This document shows positions 1 to 13,146 of a stretch of DNA of 64,000 nt, piece by piece. Each line of letters opens with the position of its first letter. Positions within the stretch are counted from its first letter, which is position 1. The stretch is from assembly GCF_009914755.1 (NCBI RefSeq), contig NC_060932.1; one strand, written 5' to 3'. This DNA comes from the human T2T-CHM13v2.0 reference genome, Homo sapiens. The notes beneath the pieces are model-generated. The model saw nothing but the letters and a program-made list of their open reading frames with translations. It was not told the DNA's origin and ran no database searches. A program made the translations under genes and the position numbers.

Positions 1-361
1 GAACCTGGTTTGGCAGAGAATGAAGCATGGCTCTAGGACTATAACCCTGGAGACTGGATTTCTTCAATCTAATCCCTTCTTGGCGGTTGCCTGGTGATTC
101 TACTCACCTATGGTGGGATGGGCGGGCACGGGGCCCCACCCAAAGAGTAGTGGAGGCTCTTTCTTTCCTGGTCACTCAAACAGTGAAGGGGACAGGACAG
201 CTGGGAGTGGGCTGGGTCCCCAGTTATGGGTAGGGGAATAGGACACCACTTACTGCATAACTCAACAGGCCCTTGTGCTTTATCCTCTTTCTCCCCACTA
301 TTGTGGGTGCCTCCATGGCAAGAACCTGCTAGATGGGCCAGACTTCCCAAATCCAAATTCT

Positions 362-515
362 CTTTTTATTACTATTACTTTATTGAATTAATTAATTTTT
401 TAATACCACCAGGTATTCCAGGGCGGTCTCCCATCCAAGTACTAACCATGTCCGACTCTGCTTAGCTTCTAAGACTAGACAAGATAGGCATGTTCAAGGT
501 GGTGTGGCTGTAGAC
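362..515 (-). pseudogene. 5S rRNA processed pseudogene with A-rich tail (probably RNA5SP252)
   Basis: The reverse complement of 405-515 reads GTCTACAGCCACACCACCTTGAACATGCC...GAAGCTAAGCAGAGTCGGACATGGTTAGTACTTGGATGGGAGACCGCCCTGGAATACC, collinear with human 5S rRNA. An A-rich tail follows (362-402), with degenerate flanking direct repeats at 347-361 and 516-530. Confidence 0.93.
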
Positions 516-639
516 CCAAGTCTAGATTCTTGTACTGAAAAGCATGTGGGTGCTTATGAGAACGACAGGGCAGATAATGGAAAATCTTCCCAGAAAGCTC
601 TGGACATGTGGTTGCTGCCCAGTGCTAAGCTCTCAGGAA

Positions 640-850
640 ATAATACTATGACTACATTAGTGTGTTATTTTACAGTTTTAAAGCATTTACATTATCCATC
701 AACTCATTTGGTTATCACAACCAACCTATGAAATAGGTATTTGACACCATTTAACAGATGAAGAAACTGAGGTTTAGAGCATGCATGTGGCTTGCCTACT
801 GCTATTCAGTAGCAAAATCAGGTCTCAGTCCAGATCCTCCAACTCCAAGG
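640..850. mobile_element. MIR SINE fragment
   Basis: MIR core motif CCATTTAACAGATGAAGAAACTGAGG. Confidence 0.7.
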
Positions 851-944
851 AGAGTACAACACAGCCATTTTTTAGGAGTGAATGGAAGATATATGAAATA
901 TACAGCACTACAATATGTCCACTAGCATTCTTAGATTTAAATTT

Positions 945-1870
<926 letters not shown>

Positions 1871-1900
1871 CTATGTCTTTTAAGTTTGTTTGATAAGATA

Positions 1901-2510
1901 CAGTAGTCCACCCTTAACTGTAGCTCCAGTTTCCTTGGTTTTAGTAACCTGTGGTCAACCGTAGTCCAAAAAGATTAAGTAAAAATCTCCGGAAATAAAT
2001 AGTTCATAAGTTTTAGATGTTGCACCGTTTTGAGTGGCATGATGGAATCTGGGTCATCTTGCTCCGCCCCCTGTGGGGAGTGGATCACTCCTTCCTTCAG
2101 AGGACCCCCACTCTCAATGCTAGCCTCCCATTGGTCACTTAGGAGCTATCTCCGTTATCAGATGGGCCGTCGACGTATCTCAGCGTTCATGCTCAAGTCA
2201 CCCTTATTTGACTTAATGATGGCCCCAAAGGGCAACAGTGGTGATGCTGGCAATTCGGATATGCCAAACAGAAGCCACCAAGTGCTTCCTTTCAGTGAAA
2301 AGGTGAAAGTTCTCGATTTCGTAAGGAAACAAAGAAAATCATATGCTGAGGTTTCTAAGAACTACGTAAGAACAAATCTTCTATCTGTGAAATTGTGAAG
2401 AGAGAAAAATAAATTTGTGAGTAGTGGATATAGGGTGTGGTACCATCCCCTGTTTCAGGCACCCCTTGGGGTTTTGAAATATATCTCTGATGGATTAGAG
2501 GGGACTACTA
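1901..2510. mobile_element. MER44/Tigger7-family DNA transposon derivative
   Basis: Terminal inverted repeats CAGTAGTCCACCCTTA ... GGATTAGAGGGGACTACTA, with TA on both sides (1899-1900, 2511-2512). Confidence 0.8.
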
Positions 2511-4369
2511 TAAACCAATATCCATATTAAGGGGAAAATCTACTCAAACACTAGGATTAGAAATATTTCATTGTTCTTTTAAAGACATCTTTTTTGGTCA
2601 CTTGCCTAGGGCTCAGAGGGCAAGCTCAGGACCACATGTTTTAAAGACTGTCATGGACTCTTGTCCACGCCCTTCTCTTTGTCCATAATGGTCCCCCTAC
2701 CTGGTCTGCTTAGGAGACTTGGCCCCTCACTGATCCTTGCCGCCATTTCTCAAGGAGCTAGAATGATTCATGTGAAAGAGCTTTGGCAGAAGGGACAGGC
2801 TCTGCAGCCAGAAAGTCTCAAGGTTAGTACTGGTTCTTCCCTCTATTGTGTGATGATTGGCAAGTTATCAAACCTCTCTGAACTTCAGTTGAATTAGTGA
2901 AATGTGGACAGCAGTACCCATCCACCCAAGACTGCCATGGGGACTAAATGAGATGATATGGGCAGAGGGCTCAGTGTGCCATGTCTATGGCTGAGATTAT
3001 GATCATCATCCCCTTCCCTGGTCCTCCTGGAAGCACGGGGCTCCTGTCCTGCTGCAGTCACCTCCTGCCTAGCATCGTGGGAGGGCCGGCTCCTTAGCAC
3101 GCAGGGATTTGGGCTCACTCTGGGCTTGCTGGAGAATGGGGCAGAACAGGGGCCAGCCGGTGGAAGGCTCAAAGAGGCAGCTTTCAGTGCAACAGCAGGA
3201 AGAATTGTCCAGAAGCACCGGCCGCTCACTGGCAGAGTAGGTCTCCTCTCCAGAAGTGAGGAGGCATTCCCCATCAGTCTCACAGCTGAGGGCCTCAGAT
3301 GCTCAGACACCGGAAAGACGGGATTCCTGGATGTCTGTCAGGTGGGGGTTGGATCCAGTGACCTCTGGGGCTCCTCTCAACTCTCATAAGCTGTGGGGAT
3401 TTCCGTGGAGCTGATGGTCCCTGTAGCCACAGCTGGGGCACTGCCAGTGCATCTTGGCCAAGCCCTGCAGCTGACTCGAGCTTGGTGAGGGGAGCCCTGA
3501 CTTGGGGTCCTGGTCATCCTCATGGTCATCATCCCCCAGAGATGAAAGCGACTAGGCAGTCCCACAGTCTCAGGGACACAGTGCCATTCCCAGCCTGAGA
3601 TGTGGCTACTCCATCCTCATACCTTGTCCCCTCTGATGCTGGGGGCTCCAAGGCTGACCAGTAAGTCCAGCTGATGGAGGAAGAACCTGAGAAATCAGAC
3701 GTGGGAAGGGGTCCTGAGAGAACGTGTACCATCTGCCCACACACAGATGGCACATCCAGGCCAGGACACCTTAGCCAAAGGGCACAACTCACCCTGCCAG
3801 GTAGGCCTGGGCCACGTACCATCCTGAAGCCTTCCTGCTGGGGCCAGGATCCCAGCCTCTCCTGTGAGCAGCTCTGGGTGACCCAGTTAGGAAGTCAGCA
3901 GGTGTGTGACCTGGCTCATCCAGGTGTTGCTCCGTCTGCACTCCGCAGCCCTGGCCCACTCGCCATGGGGGTCTCCTGGGCTGCCTGCTTCTCAGGCCTT
4001 CCTGCACCCCTGGATGAGTGGATAGGTCCCCGTTGTCCAAATGAAAAGTCACTCAGCTGGGTGGATGCTGACCTGGGTTCAAATCCCAACACCACTCACT
4101 CGAGGTGCGGCCTTGGGCAAGTTACCCAATCTCTCCAGACCTCAGTGTCTTCATCTTTCAAATGGCACCTGCGAAGCCAGGTTGCAGTGACAATTACAGA
4201 AGCTGTGTTAAAGGCCAAGCACATGACACACAAGGCCTCCCTCTGTGGGACGGATAGTCTCTTGCGGAAGGCAGGGGAAGGTTTCTATGGCCCCGTCTTG
4301 ATTTCTGACCTACTTACTGTCACCGGCTCACCCGAGGAGTGGTGGCCTTGCTCAGTGTTACAGGCTGTA

Positions 4370-4751
4370 CTGCTCACACCCTAGTTTACGTGTTGAGGTC
4401 CTAATCCCCAGTATGTCAGGACATACTTGGAAAGAGGGTCTTTATAGAGGCGATTAGGGTCCAATGAGATCATTAGGGCCAGCCTTCATCCAACAGGACT
4501 GCTGTCATCATAACAAGAGAAAATGTGGACACACACAGAGACGCCAGGGAACAGGTGCACAGAGGGAGACCACAAGAGGAAGTGGGGAGAAGGCGGATGT
4601 CCACAAGCCAAGGAGAGAGGCTTCGGGAGAAACGAGCCCTGCCACGGCCTTGACCTTGGGCTTCCAGCCTCCAGAACTATGAGGAAATAAATGTTTGTTG
4701 TTGAACCCACACAGTCCATGGTTCTGTGCAGCAACCCTGGTAAACTAATAC
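4370..4751 (+). mobile_element. MaLR solo LTR (MLT1A/B-like)
   Basis: Motifs GGTCCTAATCCCCAG, GCCAAGGAGAGAGG, CTTCCAGCCTCCAGAACTATGAGGAAATAAATG; ends AAACTAATAC. Confidence 0.8.
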
Positions 4752-7248
4752 TGCACGGAGGCATCTACAAAAGGAGAGCTGCTCGTTTGTCCCAAGAAAT
4801 GCTCCTCTAAGATCTTAATCTAGGGCCGCTGTGGAGACTTCCACCATCCATCAATCATGAAGTCTCACTTAAAGGCCCCTCCAGGTCTCGCCTGAGGGGT
4901 GTCAGGTTCTGGTTGGGAAGGAGGGGTCCTTGGAGGCCTTTCCCAGGCTGCAGAGGCTGGCACCTTCTCTCTGCTTCAGGGGTCTTGAGAGGCTGGAGGC
5001 TCCCCGATGTGAGGGCGGGGTACTTCAGGGCTGCCGGGCAGACCGTGGGCATGGCCATGAGTGTCCCCACAAGAACTGTCATGCCAGGAGCTTGGAAGAG
5101 TCACTGCCTCCTGCCCGCCAAGGCTGCTGTGGGCAGGTGTCTGCCTTCCCATCCTAGGCTACCTGGGCAGCATTTCCTTTAGAACCAGGAGTGGCCATGG
5201 GTGGAACTGCAGATGCCAGGACCATGACGCTCTTCACCAGGCACTCACCCGGCTGCCCTGTGCCTCCACTGACCGGTCACAAGTCCCGCCTCCTGCCAGG
5301 CCTGGGATTGGCGGGCCTGGCCATATGCAAAGGTTCTTCCTGCTTCAGCTGTCTTGAAAGAGCGTCCAAGAGAGGCCGTGCCTGCCACGCGTGATGATGA
5401 TGAAGGGCGGAGCAGCACAGAGGTCAGAGTGGTGGTGGGTTGGGGAGGTCCTGCAGGTGCCAGGTGGCCACAGGTGGGACACCTCCAGGCTCAGTTTCCT
5501 GCCAAGGGAAGCCTGAAGCAGGGGAGGCTGTCCCCACCTTCCCTGCCTCCTGTGCAGGCCTCCTGGGCACCCTAAATCTCTGCGGCTCCTCAAGGCCCCC
5601 ACATCCCTCTCCTCTCCTGAGCCTCCCCAGGATTAGATAAGGCTGGCAAACTGTGCCCCCTTCCTGTGGTTTTCTCCCACCAGGACGTCCCAAGCTGGAA
5701 GACTCCCGCCCCTCTGTGCCACGGCTGGTGGCTTCACCCTTGACCCGGGGGAGATGGCTGGATGTGATCTGCCCAGAGCTTCCCAGAGGCTGGCCAAGAA
5801 GGCACAAGGAAAGGACTCCTTCTTCTGGCCTGGTGTGGAGAGCAGAACGTCCTGGAGAGGCGTTTGCCAGGCCAGAGCCAGCTGAAGCTTTTGAAGAAAG
5901 GGCCACCTTCCCTCCCTGCGCCAAGGCCTGATCGGACTGGGAGATAAACTGCACTGGCAGCTGTCCTGGCAGAGCTCTGAATCACTGCTGTGCAAACATG
6001 ACCCTCCTTCACTGCGACTGCCAGCTTTGTTATCTAGAATGCAAACACAATGCAACCATCCTTAGCTCCAGATTAACAACAACAAAAACATCCCTGGAGA
6101 AGCCGCTTTCCAAGATGACTGAAAGCCCAGTGTGGATTTTAGCCAAAACAGACAGAGGACCCCCGCTCCTGCCCGGGCTGCCTGCACCCACATTCTGAGA
6201 TGGGGACAATGCCAGGAGGCGGACAGGGTGGGATGCAAGGTGGAAAAGAGCTGGAATGTGCCAGGGACCTGACTTGCCACCTACGCCAGCTCTTTCTGCC
6301 CCTGGCCGCCTGGGCCCCCTCCTGAGGACAGCAAACAGCTTCCTGCTCTCTCGGTCTGGTAGGCAGCAAGGCTGGCACCCTTGTGTGCTCAGGGCCAAGC
6401 ATGAGTGTGGGCAGCTGGTTAGAGTCCAGGTCAGAGGTGGTCTGGGCCTCCCTTCTGCTGGCCCATGCCTTGAAACTATCTGCAGGATGAAGGCAAGACA
6501 AGAAAGGGTGTAGACAGTGAGCACCCTGATGGCCTGCGTGCAGCTCCTTCTTGCCCTGAACCATGGCTGCAGAGGGTGGCACCTTCTGTCTGTTTGATGA
6601 GTCTTGGACATAGGTGGATGTGGATATGGGACCATCCTGTGTCCCCTCCAGCCCTATGGTAGCGAACATTGATTAAGCACTTACTATGTGCTGGTCATCC
6701 TGCTGTGAGTGCTGCATGTCTGATTCATTTGCTCCTTCCTATAAGTAGGAACTGTTACTGCCCCCATTTGACAGAGGTGGAAACGGAGGCACAGAGAGGA
6801 AACTATCGTTCTCAAGGCTATGCAGTGTCGTGACCGCAGTGGGATTTGAACTGAGACTTCTTGACTGCAGAGTTTGCTGTTTGCTGCCTCTCACATTGGC
6901 GGTGCTTGCAGTGTGGAAGGAGCGTCACTGGGGCAAGACCAGCCCCTCGCCGCCTCTGCGCATCTTGAACTCTCTGTCTCCATGGGCATCGGGAATTGAC
7001 TCATTTATTAGTTTATTCATTCACTGGTTTCTTCCTTCAACTCCTATTCTGTGCCATATGCATCGCTCAGCACTGGGGGGTCGGAGGGGACAAAGATGTA
7101 CAGGGCGCAGACCCCTCTCCGGCAGCTCCAGCCTCTCCAGGCCAGGCCTTCCTCACTCTCCAGCTGAGGACTCCAGGGAGGCCTGTGGTCTGAGTGGAGA
7201 GAGAAAGGGGACGGCCTGGTGAAGCAGGGCATGAGAAGGACGGACAAG

Positions 7249-7364
7249 GCAGTCATCACAGGGAAGGAGCCGGGCCAGGCACGCCTGCAGGGCCCAGAGA
7301 GGACGCAGTCATCACAGGGAAGGGGCCGGGCCAGGCACGCCTGCAGGGCCCAGAGAGGACGCAG
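7249..7364. repeat. 56-bp tandem duplication (2 copies, 1 mismatch)
   Basis: GCAGTCATCACAGGGAAGG(A/G)GCCGGGCCAGGCACGCCTGCAGGGCCCAGAGAGGAC at 7249-7304 and 7305-7360, then GCAG. Confidence 0.95.
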
Positions 7365-10300
7365 CTGCAGAAACGCAGGTGGGAGGCAGCCAGGCCGTGG
7401 CTGTGGCCTGGAGAGAGAAGCTAAGCCCATGAGGCCCAACGCGGAGGGGCCAAGATCAGCTCTGGGTGATGCGATCCAAGGACGGGGAGAGGCTTAGTCA
7501 GGAGGGGAGTTTACCCAGGGCTGGAGGGCACAGGAGAGAATGGAGGATAGATAACGGCTGGTGACTCAGAGCCTATGGTCCAAACCTGCACAGTGCCACT
7601 TGGATGTCACCAGAGAAGATCAAGGTTAGGGCTGGGGTTGGGCAGAACTGGAGCAGAAACAACTGAGCAAAGCCGAGGGAGGAAAGGCTGTGATTTCCAC
7701 GAGCGATACTGCAGGACTTCCTAGGCCGCTGCTGTCCGGGCGGGGCATGCAGGAGACCTAAAGTTCCAGGTGGACAGTGGAGCCCAGGAGGGTGCCTGAG
7801 ACCCCTGCAAGCGGGTGTAACATAAAGGCCGACTCCAGTGCACACTTTCAGGGCTTCCTCTATGCTGACCACCGTTCCAGGGCCATAAATGAACTCAACA
7901 AGCCTGTGAAGTGGATGCTGTTCTTGCCCCACATTTACAGACGAGTGACCTGAAGCACAGAGAGGCTGAGGGAATGGCCAAGGTCCCACAGCTAGGAAAT
8001 GGCAAAACCGGGTCCCCAGAAACATGTAGGGCTCAGCCTGGGCCTGGAGGTGACGGCAGCGTTTGTCAGTGAGGAGAACCCGGGAAGGAGGTGCAGCTGG
8101 AATTCTACCCTCGGCATCTGGGGGACTGCAGGGCTTGTTCTCGCTCTCACGAGTGTCCCTGTGCAAGGCAGTAAGAACACAGGTGCTGACTAGGACGCCA
8201 CCTGGGCCAGCCTCCTGGCTCAGGGACAGCAGGCACCATCCTGAATGGCACCGTGGTGAGCCGAGGTGCAGGAGGCCTGGCTGTCGTGGGGCTCTGCACC
8301 CTGGGGTGCTGCGGCTGCACTCCGCTGCCTACTCTCTCCCCACTGCAGCCAGCCTGGCATGGCTGTCAGGAGCCAGCTCTCCTGGTGGGTCAGTCACCCA
8401 CTGGGCAGAACTGGGACAGTCTCATTTGTCTCCCATCTTGCTCCTGACTTCTGAAACAAATCTGCAGTTTGCTTTTTTTTTTTTTTTTTTTAAATTACTT
8501 CCTGGTCCTGCCTCTGGTCCTGCCCCATCTCCTGCAGTGCAGGGTCACTGGGGCAGTGCAGGGGCTGAGGAGAAAGGGCCCTGGCACGTGTCTACTGGGC
8601 CTCGTCCTTGCTAGGGCCCGTCTGAAGCGGGTGACCCCTGACTATGCCAGGTTTCTGGATCACATCCTGCTCCCTCGAGTTCCCAGGTCCTTGTGTCTCC
8701 TAAAAATAAAGGTGCCACTCACTGGGCGCTTCCTAGGCACCGAGCACCATGCTGTGGGCTTTAAGGCGCAGCCTCATTTGATCCTTCTAACAATCCCAGG
8801 TGGAGAGTGATCCTGCATCCCCATTTTTCTAGATGTGTCCACAGAGGCTCAGAAGGATGAGACTTGCCCTAGACCACGCACCCAGTAAAGGGCCAGGTAA
8901 GACCTGAATTTTCCCTCTGGACCCCCAGCCTCCTGATGTCTATTTTCAGCCAGTTTAATTTCAGGCATGGGAAGCCCACCTAAGAGCTTGTTTCGAGTCC
9001 ATGTTTGTATTAACCATGCCTCACACGCTTTCAGATGATACGAAAGTGAGAGGAGGAACTCGTAAGGTGGATGGCCCAGGATTAAGGCTGAGCAGATTTC
9101 AGGAGGAAGGAAAGGAAGGCCAGTCTGAACGAGGTGGTATCCGTGGGGGTGACTGTGAGATCCTGCAGGTGTATTCGAAATCGCCATTGCACAAGGGCAG
9201 GATGGGGAAATGGTTACGGGCTTTAGTGGACTGCCAGCCTGATGCCAATCTGTGTACCTGATGCTGATAAAGCCAGTGCACCCATCGGCTATATAAACAG
9301 GAGCATCATGACCAACACAGGGGAGGTGGTACATCCCTGACCACCTCACCGATTGCTGTGTTTGAATCCAGATGCCGTATGTTAAGAATAATACTGGCAA
9401 ACACAAGGCTACCTGGATGAGGGCAGCAAGAGAGGGGGCAGAGGTTAGTTAGGAGGTGGTGGGGGCAGGGTCTATGGGAATGATGTCATATTAAAATAAA
9501 AAAAGAGGTGGTGTGGTATGGGTGGTAGTAAACACAGGCATATTTGACTCATTATATATAGCATCTGAAGACTAAAATATGGTAAATAATGAACATATGT
9601 TAAATAAATAAAATGACATATATGATTTATGGAAGCTCTAGATAAATGTATGTAGCAGAAATTTAGCTAGCATTTCAGTAAGTATTTGAGTTTTTAAAAA
9701 GAATAATGAAAGGTACTAGGATGTCTAGTCCAAATGGAAAGATGTACTTAGTCGCATTATATGAAGCCCAATAAATATGCTCAGGGCCCACACGCTGCTA
9801 AGAATCTGGAAGACAGATTTGGAGAGGGGCGGAAGGCAGCTGTAGGCTAGATACAAGAAAGGACTTCCTAATGATGAGTGTGGTCATGTAAGGAATGAAG
9901 TGCAGGAGGAGGAGGGGTTCCCTGTTCCTTAGGGGGTGTCTGTGGAAGCTGGAAGAGCTTAGTTGGCATCCAGGGGCTCCCTGCAGTCAGGGAGAGGAGT
10001 TTTCTGTGCACTCAGTTGGTGAGTCCATGAGACATAGCTGTGCTGTGTTGATAAGGCATGCTCCAACCAGAAGTGCCGAAAGCTCCAGAGCGCCCTAATC
10101 TTGGGTTGAAGTTGGGTTTGCATCATCATCGACTGTTTTCCAAGGGCTTGGCCTGTGGAGGCTCTGATGGGGACTTGAAAGAGTTCGCTTCCCACCTGCT
10201 TGCGGCTGACATTCCTCTTCCTGGTTGTCAGTGTTTGTTCTGGCCACGAGCCCCTCTAGAGCTCAGACACCGGGATTGAACTCTGGTACTCACATGTGGC

Positions 10301-10889
10301 TGTGAGCAGTGGGGAGGCAGGGCCTTGAGGGATACCCTGAAGGCTCCTGTCCATGGGGCTAGGGATGGCAGGAGGGGGATGAGATGTCCCGAGAATCTCT
10401 GAGTCCAGCCTGTGAGTGATGCCATGTCTCGCTCTAGCCTTTAGGCTGGGACCACTGGGTGGGAACGCAGGCTGGCAGGAGAGAATTGGAAGAGAACCTG
10501 GCAGCCGAAGAGATTAAAGAAAGGCTGACCCAGGTGTGCCTAAGGCTGGGAGCACTGGATGCCTTCAAACAGAGGTGCCGTGGGACATTCTGTGTGTCTG
10601 AAAAAGCACTCGCTGTTTGGTAAATCGATTGCAGAATGCAAGATTTGAAAGCAGTGGACCAATCAAGAGAGGGGGGTGGAAATGGTGCTGGCCCTGGGGG
10701 TGGTCAGAAGTGGTGAGGTTAGAGAAGGACATTGAGGTGTTGCCAGCAGGACTGAGTGATGAGTTCTGGGTGCCTTAAGGATGGCGCCTTGTGTGTGAGA
10801 GACACAGCCTCGTGCAGCCTGTGTGATTGGCAGCTACTGAGATTATGACCAGAAAGCCAGGGAAGACCTCTAATATACCTCACTTAAAA

Positions 10890-11630
10890 AAAAATTATTA
10901 TACTTTTTTGGAAAATAATTTCAAAGCAAAATAAATTAAATGAAAAGTTGCAACAATAGTAGAAAGAAACTCTTCCCAGTCCACTTAAAAGAAGTGCCCC
11001 ACCCTACACACCCCACCGAAGCATCCTTTCACGTGTATCTCCTAAAGCAAGAACATTCATCATCACGACCCATCCGATCCAGACCCTCACCCTGAACATG
11101 TCACTACCACCCGGTCCCCAGACCACACTCTGGTTTCCACAGTTCTCCCAATAACCTCATTCATAGCAAAAAGACCCAGACAGGCCACAGGTCACGTGTG
11201 AAGACATCCCTTCGCCTCTTTCAGTTTGGAAAGGTTTATCAGTCTTTGCTGGGCTCTTATGGCCTTCGAGTATTTGAAGCTGGCAGGAGGGCTACTTTGA
11301 GCCATGGTCCTACTTTGCTGTTTTCTCTTGATTAGATTCGGGCCATGAGTCTTTGTTGGAACCATCACAGGAGAATGCTGGCTGCTCACTGCGTCTGACC
11401 AGGCACACGGGATTCTGTGTGTGGCCTTTTACTGACAATGTCCACTTGGATCATTTGACTAAGGAGGCAGCTGTCAGCTTCTTCCCTGTAAGAGTATTCC
11501 TTTCTCTTTGTCACTACGAAGGATGTTGTGGGAGAGGTTCTTAGAAAGCATGGAAGTATCCCATTTCTCATCAAGCATCCGCCCACCACTTTCAGCACCC
11601 ATGGATGGTTCTCCGTGGAATGAAGTATCA
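10890..11630 (-). mobile_element. Old L1 (L1MC/MD-like) 3' fragment
   Basis: Start TTTTGGAAAATAATTTCAAA...AAAGTTGCAACAATAGTA resembles an antisense L1MC 3' end; highly diverged. Confidence 0.5.
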
Positions 11631-12240
11631 CTGTGAGGGCAGCCCCAGAGAGCCTGCCCCATGTATTTGCTTAATGAATGAATCTGCACTTCATTGCCCA
11701 AGAGGTGGGTGGAGTGACCACAGCTCCTCATGCCACCAGGTCCTTTTCTCATGCAAGCCCTGCACAGGGCCAGGGAGTGGGCAATGCTGCTTCCATGCAC
11801 CCACCTGACTGCATCCCCCATCTTTGCGTGAGCAAGCTCCAGGACTCCCCCGGCACCTGCAGCAAAGCCAGATCTCCTACCAGGAACAACGTGCAGCCCT
11901 TCAGGTCCATGAAGGGTTTTAAGTCAGGGAAGGTGACACATTTGATTTATGTTAAGCAAAACCAAACGAAAACAAAACAAAAGCAAACACCTGTTGTGCA
12001 AACAGCTTGGAGTGGTTCAGATTTGCAGTCAGGCAGACCAATGAAGACTCAGTGAGGATGTTTGGGAAGGCTGAGTAGAGACCTTATTTTTAAGCATGTG
12101 AGGAGGCCCAATGCCAGGGAAGGGCAGGAAGGGGCCCTGGCTCCTCCAAGGCTGCTGGGGCTGTGGACGGCAGGGGAGTTCTATGTGCACCCACCCCATC
12201 CCGCCAGCCTCTGCTGACTCCTGCCCTGGACACGCCATAC

Positions 12241-12433
12241 CTTTGGTTTCCCTTAGCAGCTCTTCTGTGAACTTGACCACCTGGGCCACCTCCACCCATG
12301 GGAAGCCTTTGCCCACTGCAAAGATGATGCTCTCGTAGAGGGTGTCCAGCAGGATGCTCCTCCGGGAGTCTCTCTGTTCGTCAAACTCCTCCCAGTTCAG
12401 AAGCCTCCGCAGGCGCTCCCGACCTTGTGGTCT
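12241..12433 (-). CDS. C8orf74: C8orf74 coding exon 2 (193 nt)
   Basis: Acceptor ...cattccctgcag|AGA, donor AAAG|gtatgg. Translates RPQGRERLRRLLNWEEFDEQRDSRRSILLDTLYESIIFAVGKGFPWVEVAQVVKFTEELLRETK(G), in frame with exon 1 and matching the C8orf74 N-terminus as I recall it. Confidence 0.93.
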
Positions 12434-13146
12434 CTGCAGGGAATGACATGGGAACTGCAGGGTATGATGTGGGGGTTGCAGGGCATGATATAGGGGCTAC
12501 GGGGTGTGATATGGGGGCTATAGGGTGTGATATGGGGGCTGTGGGGTGTGATATGGGGGTTGCAGGGCATGATATGGGGGCTACTGGGTGTGATATGGGG
12601 GCTGCATGGTGTGATATGGGGGTTGCAGGGCATGATATGGGGGCTACAGGGTGTGCTATGGGGGTTGCAGGATATGATATGGGGGCTACAGGGTGTGATA
12701 TGGGGGCTGCGGGGTGTGATATGGGGGCTGCAGGGTATGATATGAGGGTTGTGGGGTATGATATGGGGTTGTGGGGCATGATATGAGGGCTACAGGGTGT
12801 GATATGGGGGCTGCAGGCTGTGATATGTGGGCTGCAGGGTGTGATGTGTGGTCTGTGGGATGTGATATGGGGGCTGCAGGGTATGATATGGGGGTTGCAG
12901 GGTATGACATGATGGTTGTGGGGTATGATATGGGGGTTGCGGGGTATGATATGAAGGTTGTGGGGTATGATATGGGGGTTGCGGGGTATGATGTGAAGGT
13001 TGTGGGGTATGATATGGGGGTTGTGGGATATGATATGGGGGTCGGAGGGTATGATATGGGGCTGCAGGGTATGATATCGAGGTTGCAGGGTATGATATGG
13101 AGGCTGGAGAGTGTGATATGGGGGTTGCAGGGTATAATATGGGGTT
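12434..13146. repeat. G-rich VNTR, ~21-bp unit GGGTGTGATATGGGGGCTGCA, ~33 diverged copies
   Basis: Periodicity is directly visible. It abuts the C8orf74 exon 2 acceptor and gives the repetitive ORFs in the track. Confidence 0.97.

Noticed and set aside
2030-2398. 122-aa ORF with a Tigger-like segment (LPFSEKVKVLDFVRK...YAEVSKNY)
   Set aside because: A decayed transposase N-terminal remnant inside MER44/Tigger7, not a host gene.
3674-8810. Many overlapping 60-236 aa ORFs in GC-rich C8orf74 intron 2
   Set aside because: Expected by chance in GC-rich DNA. No recognisable domains or consistent exon structure; C8orf74 exon 3 is not in the window.
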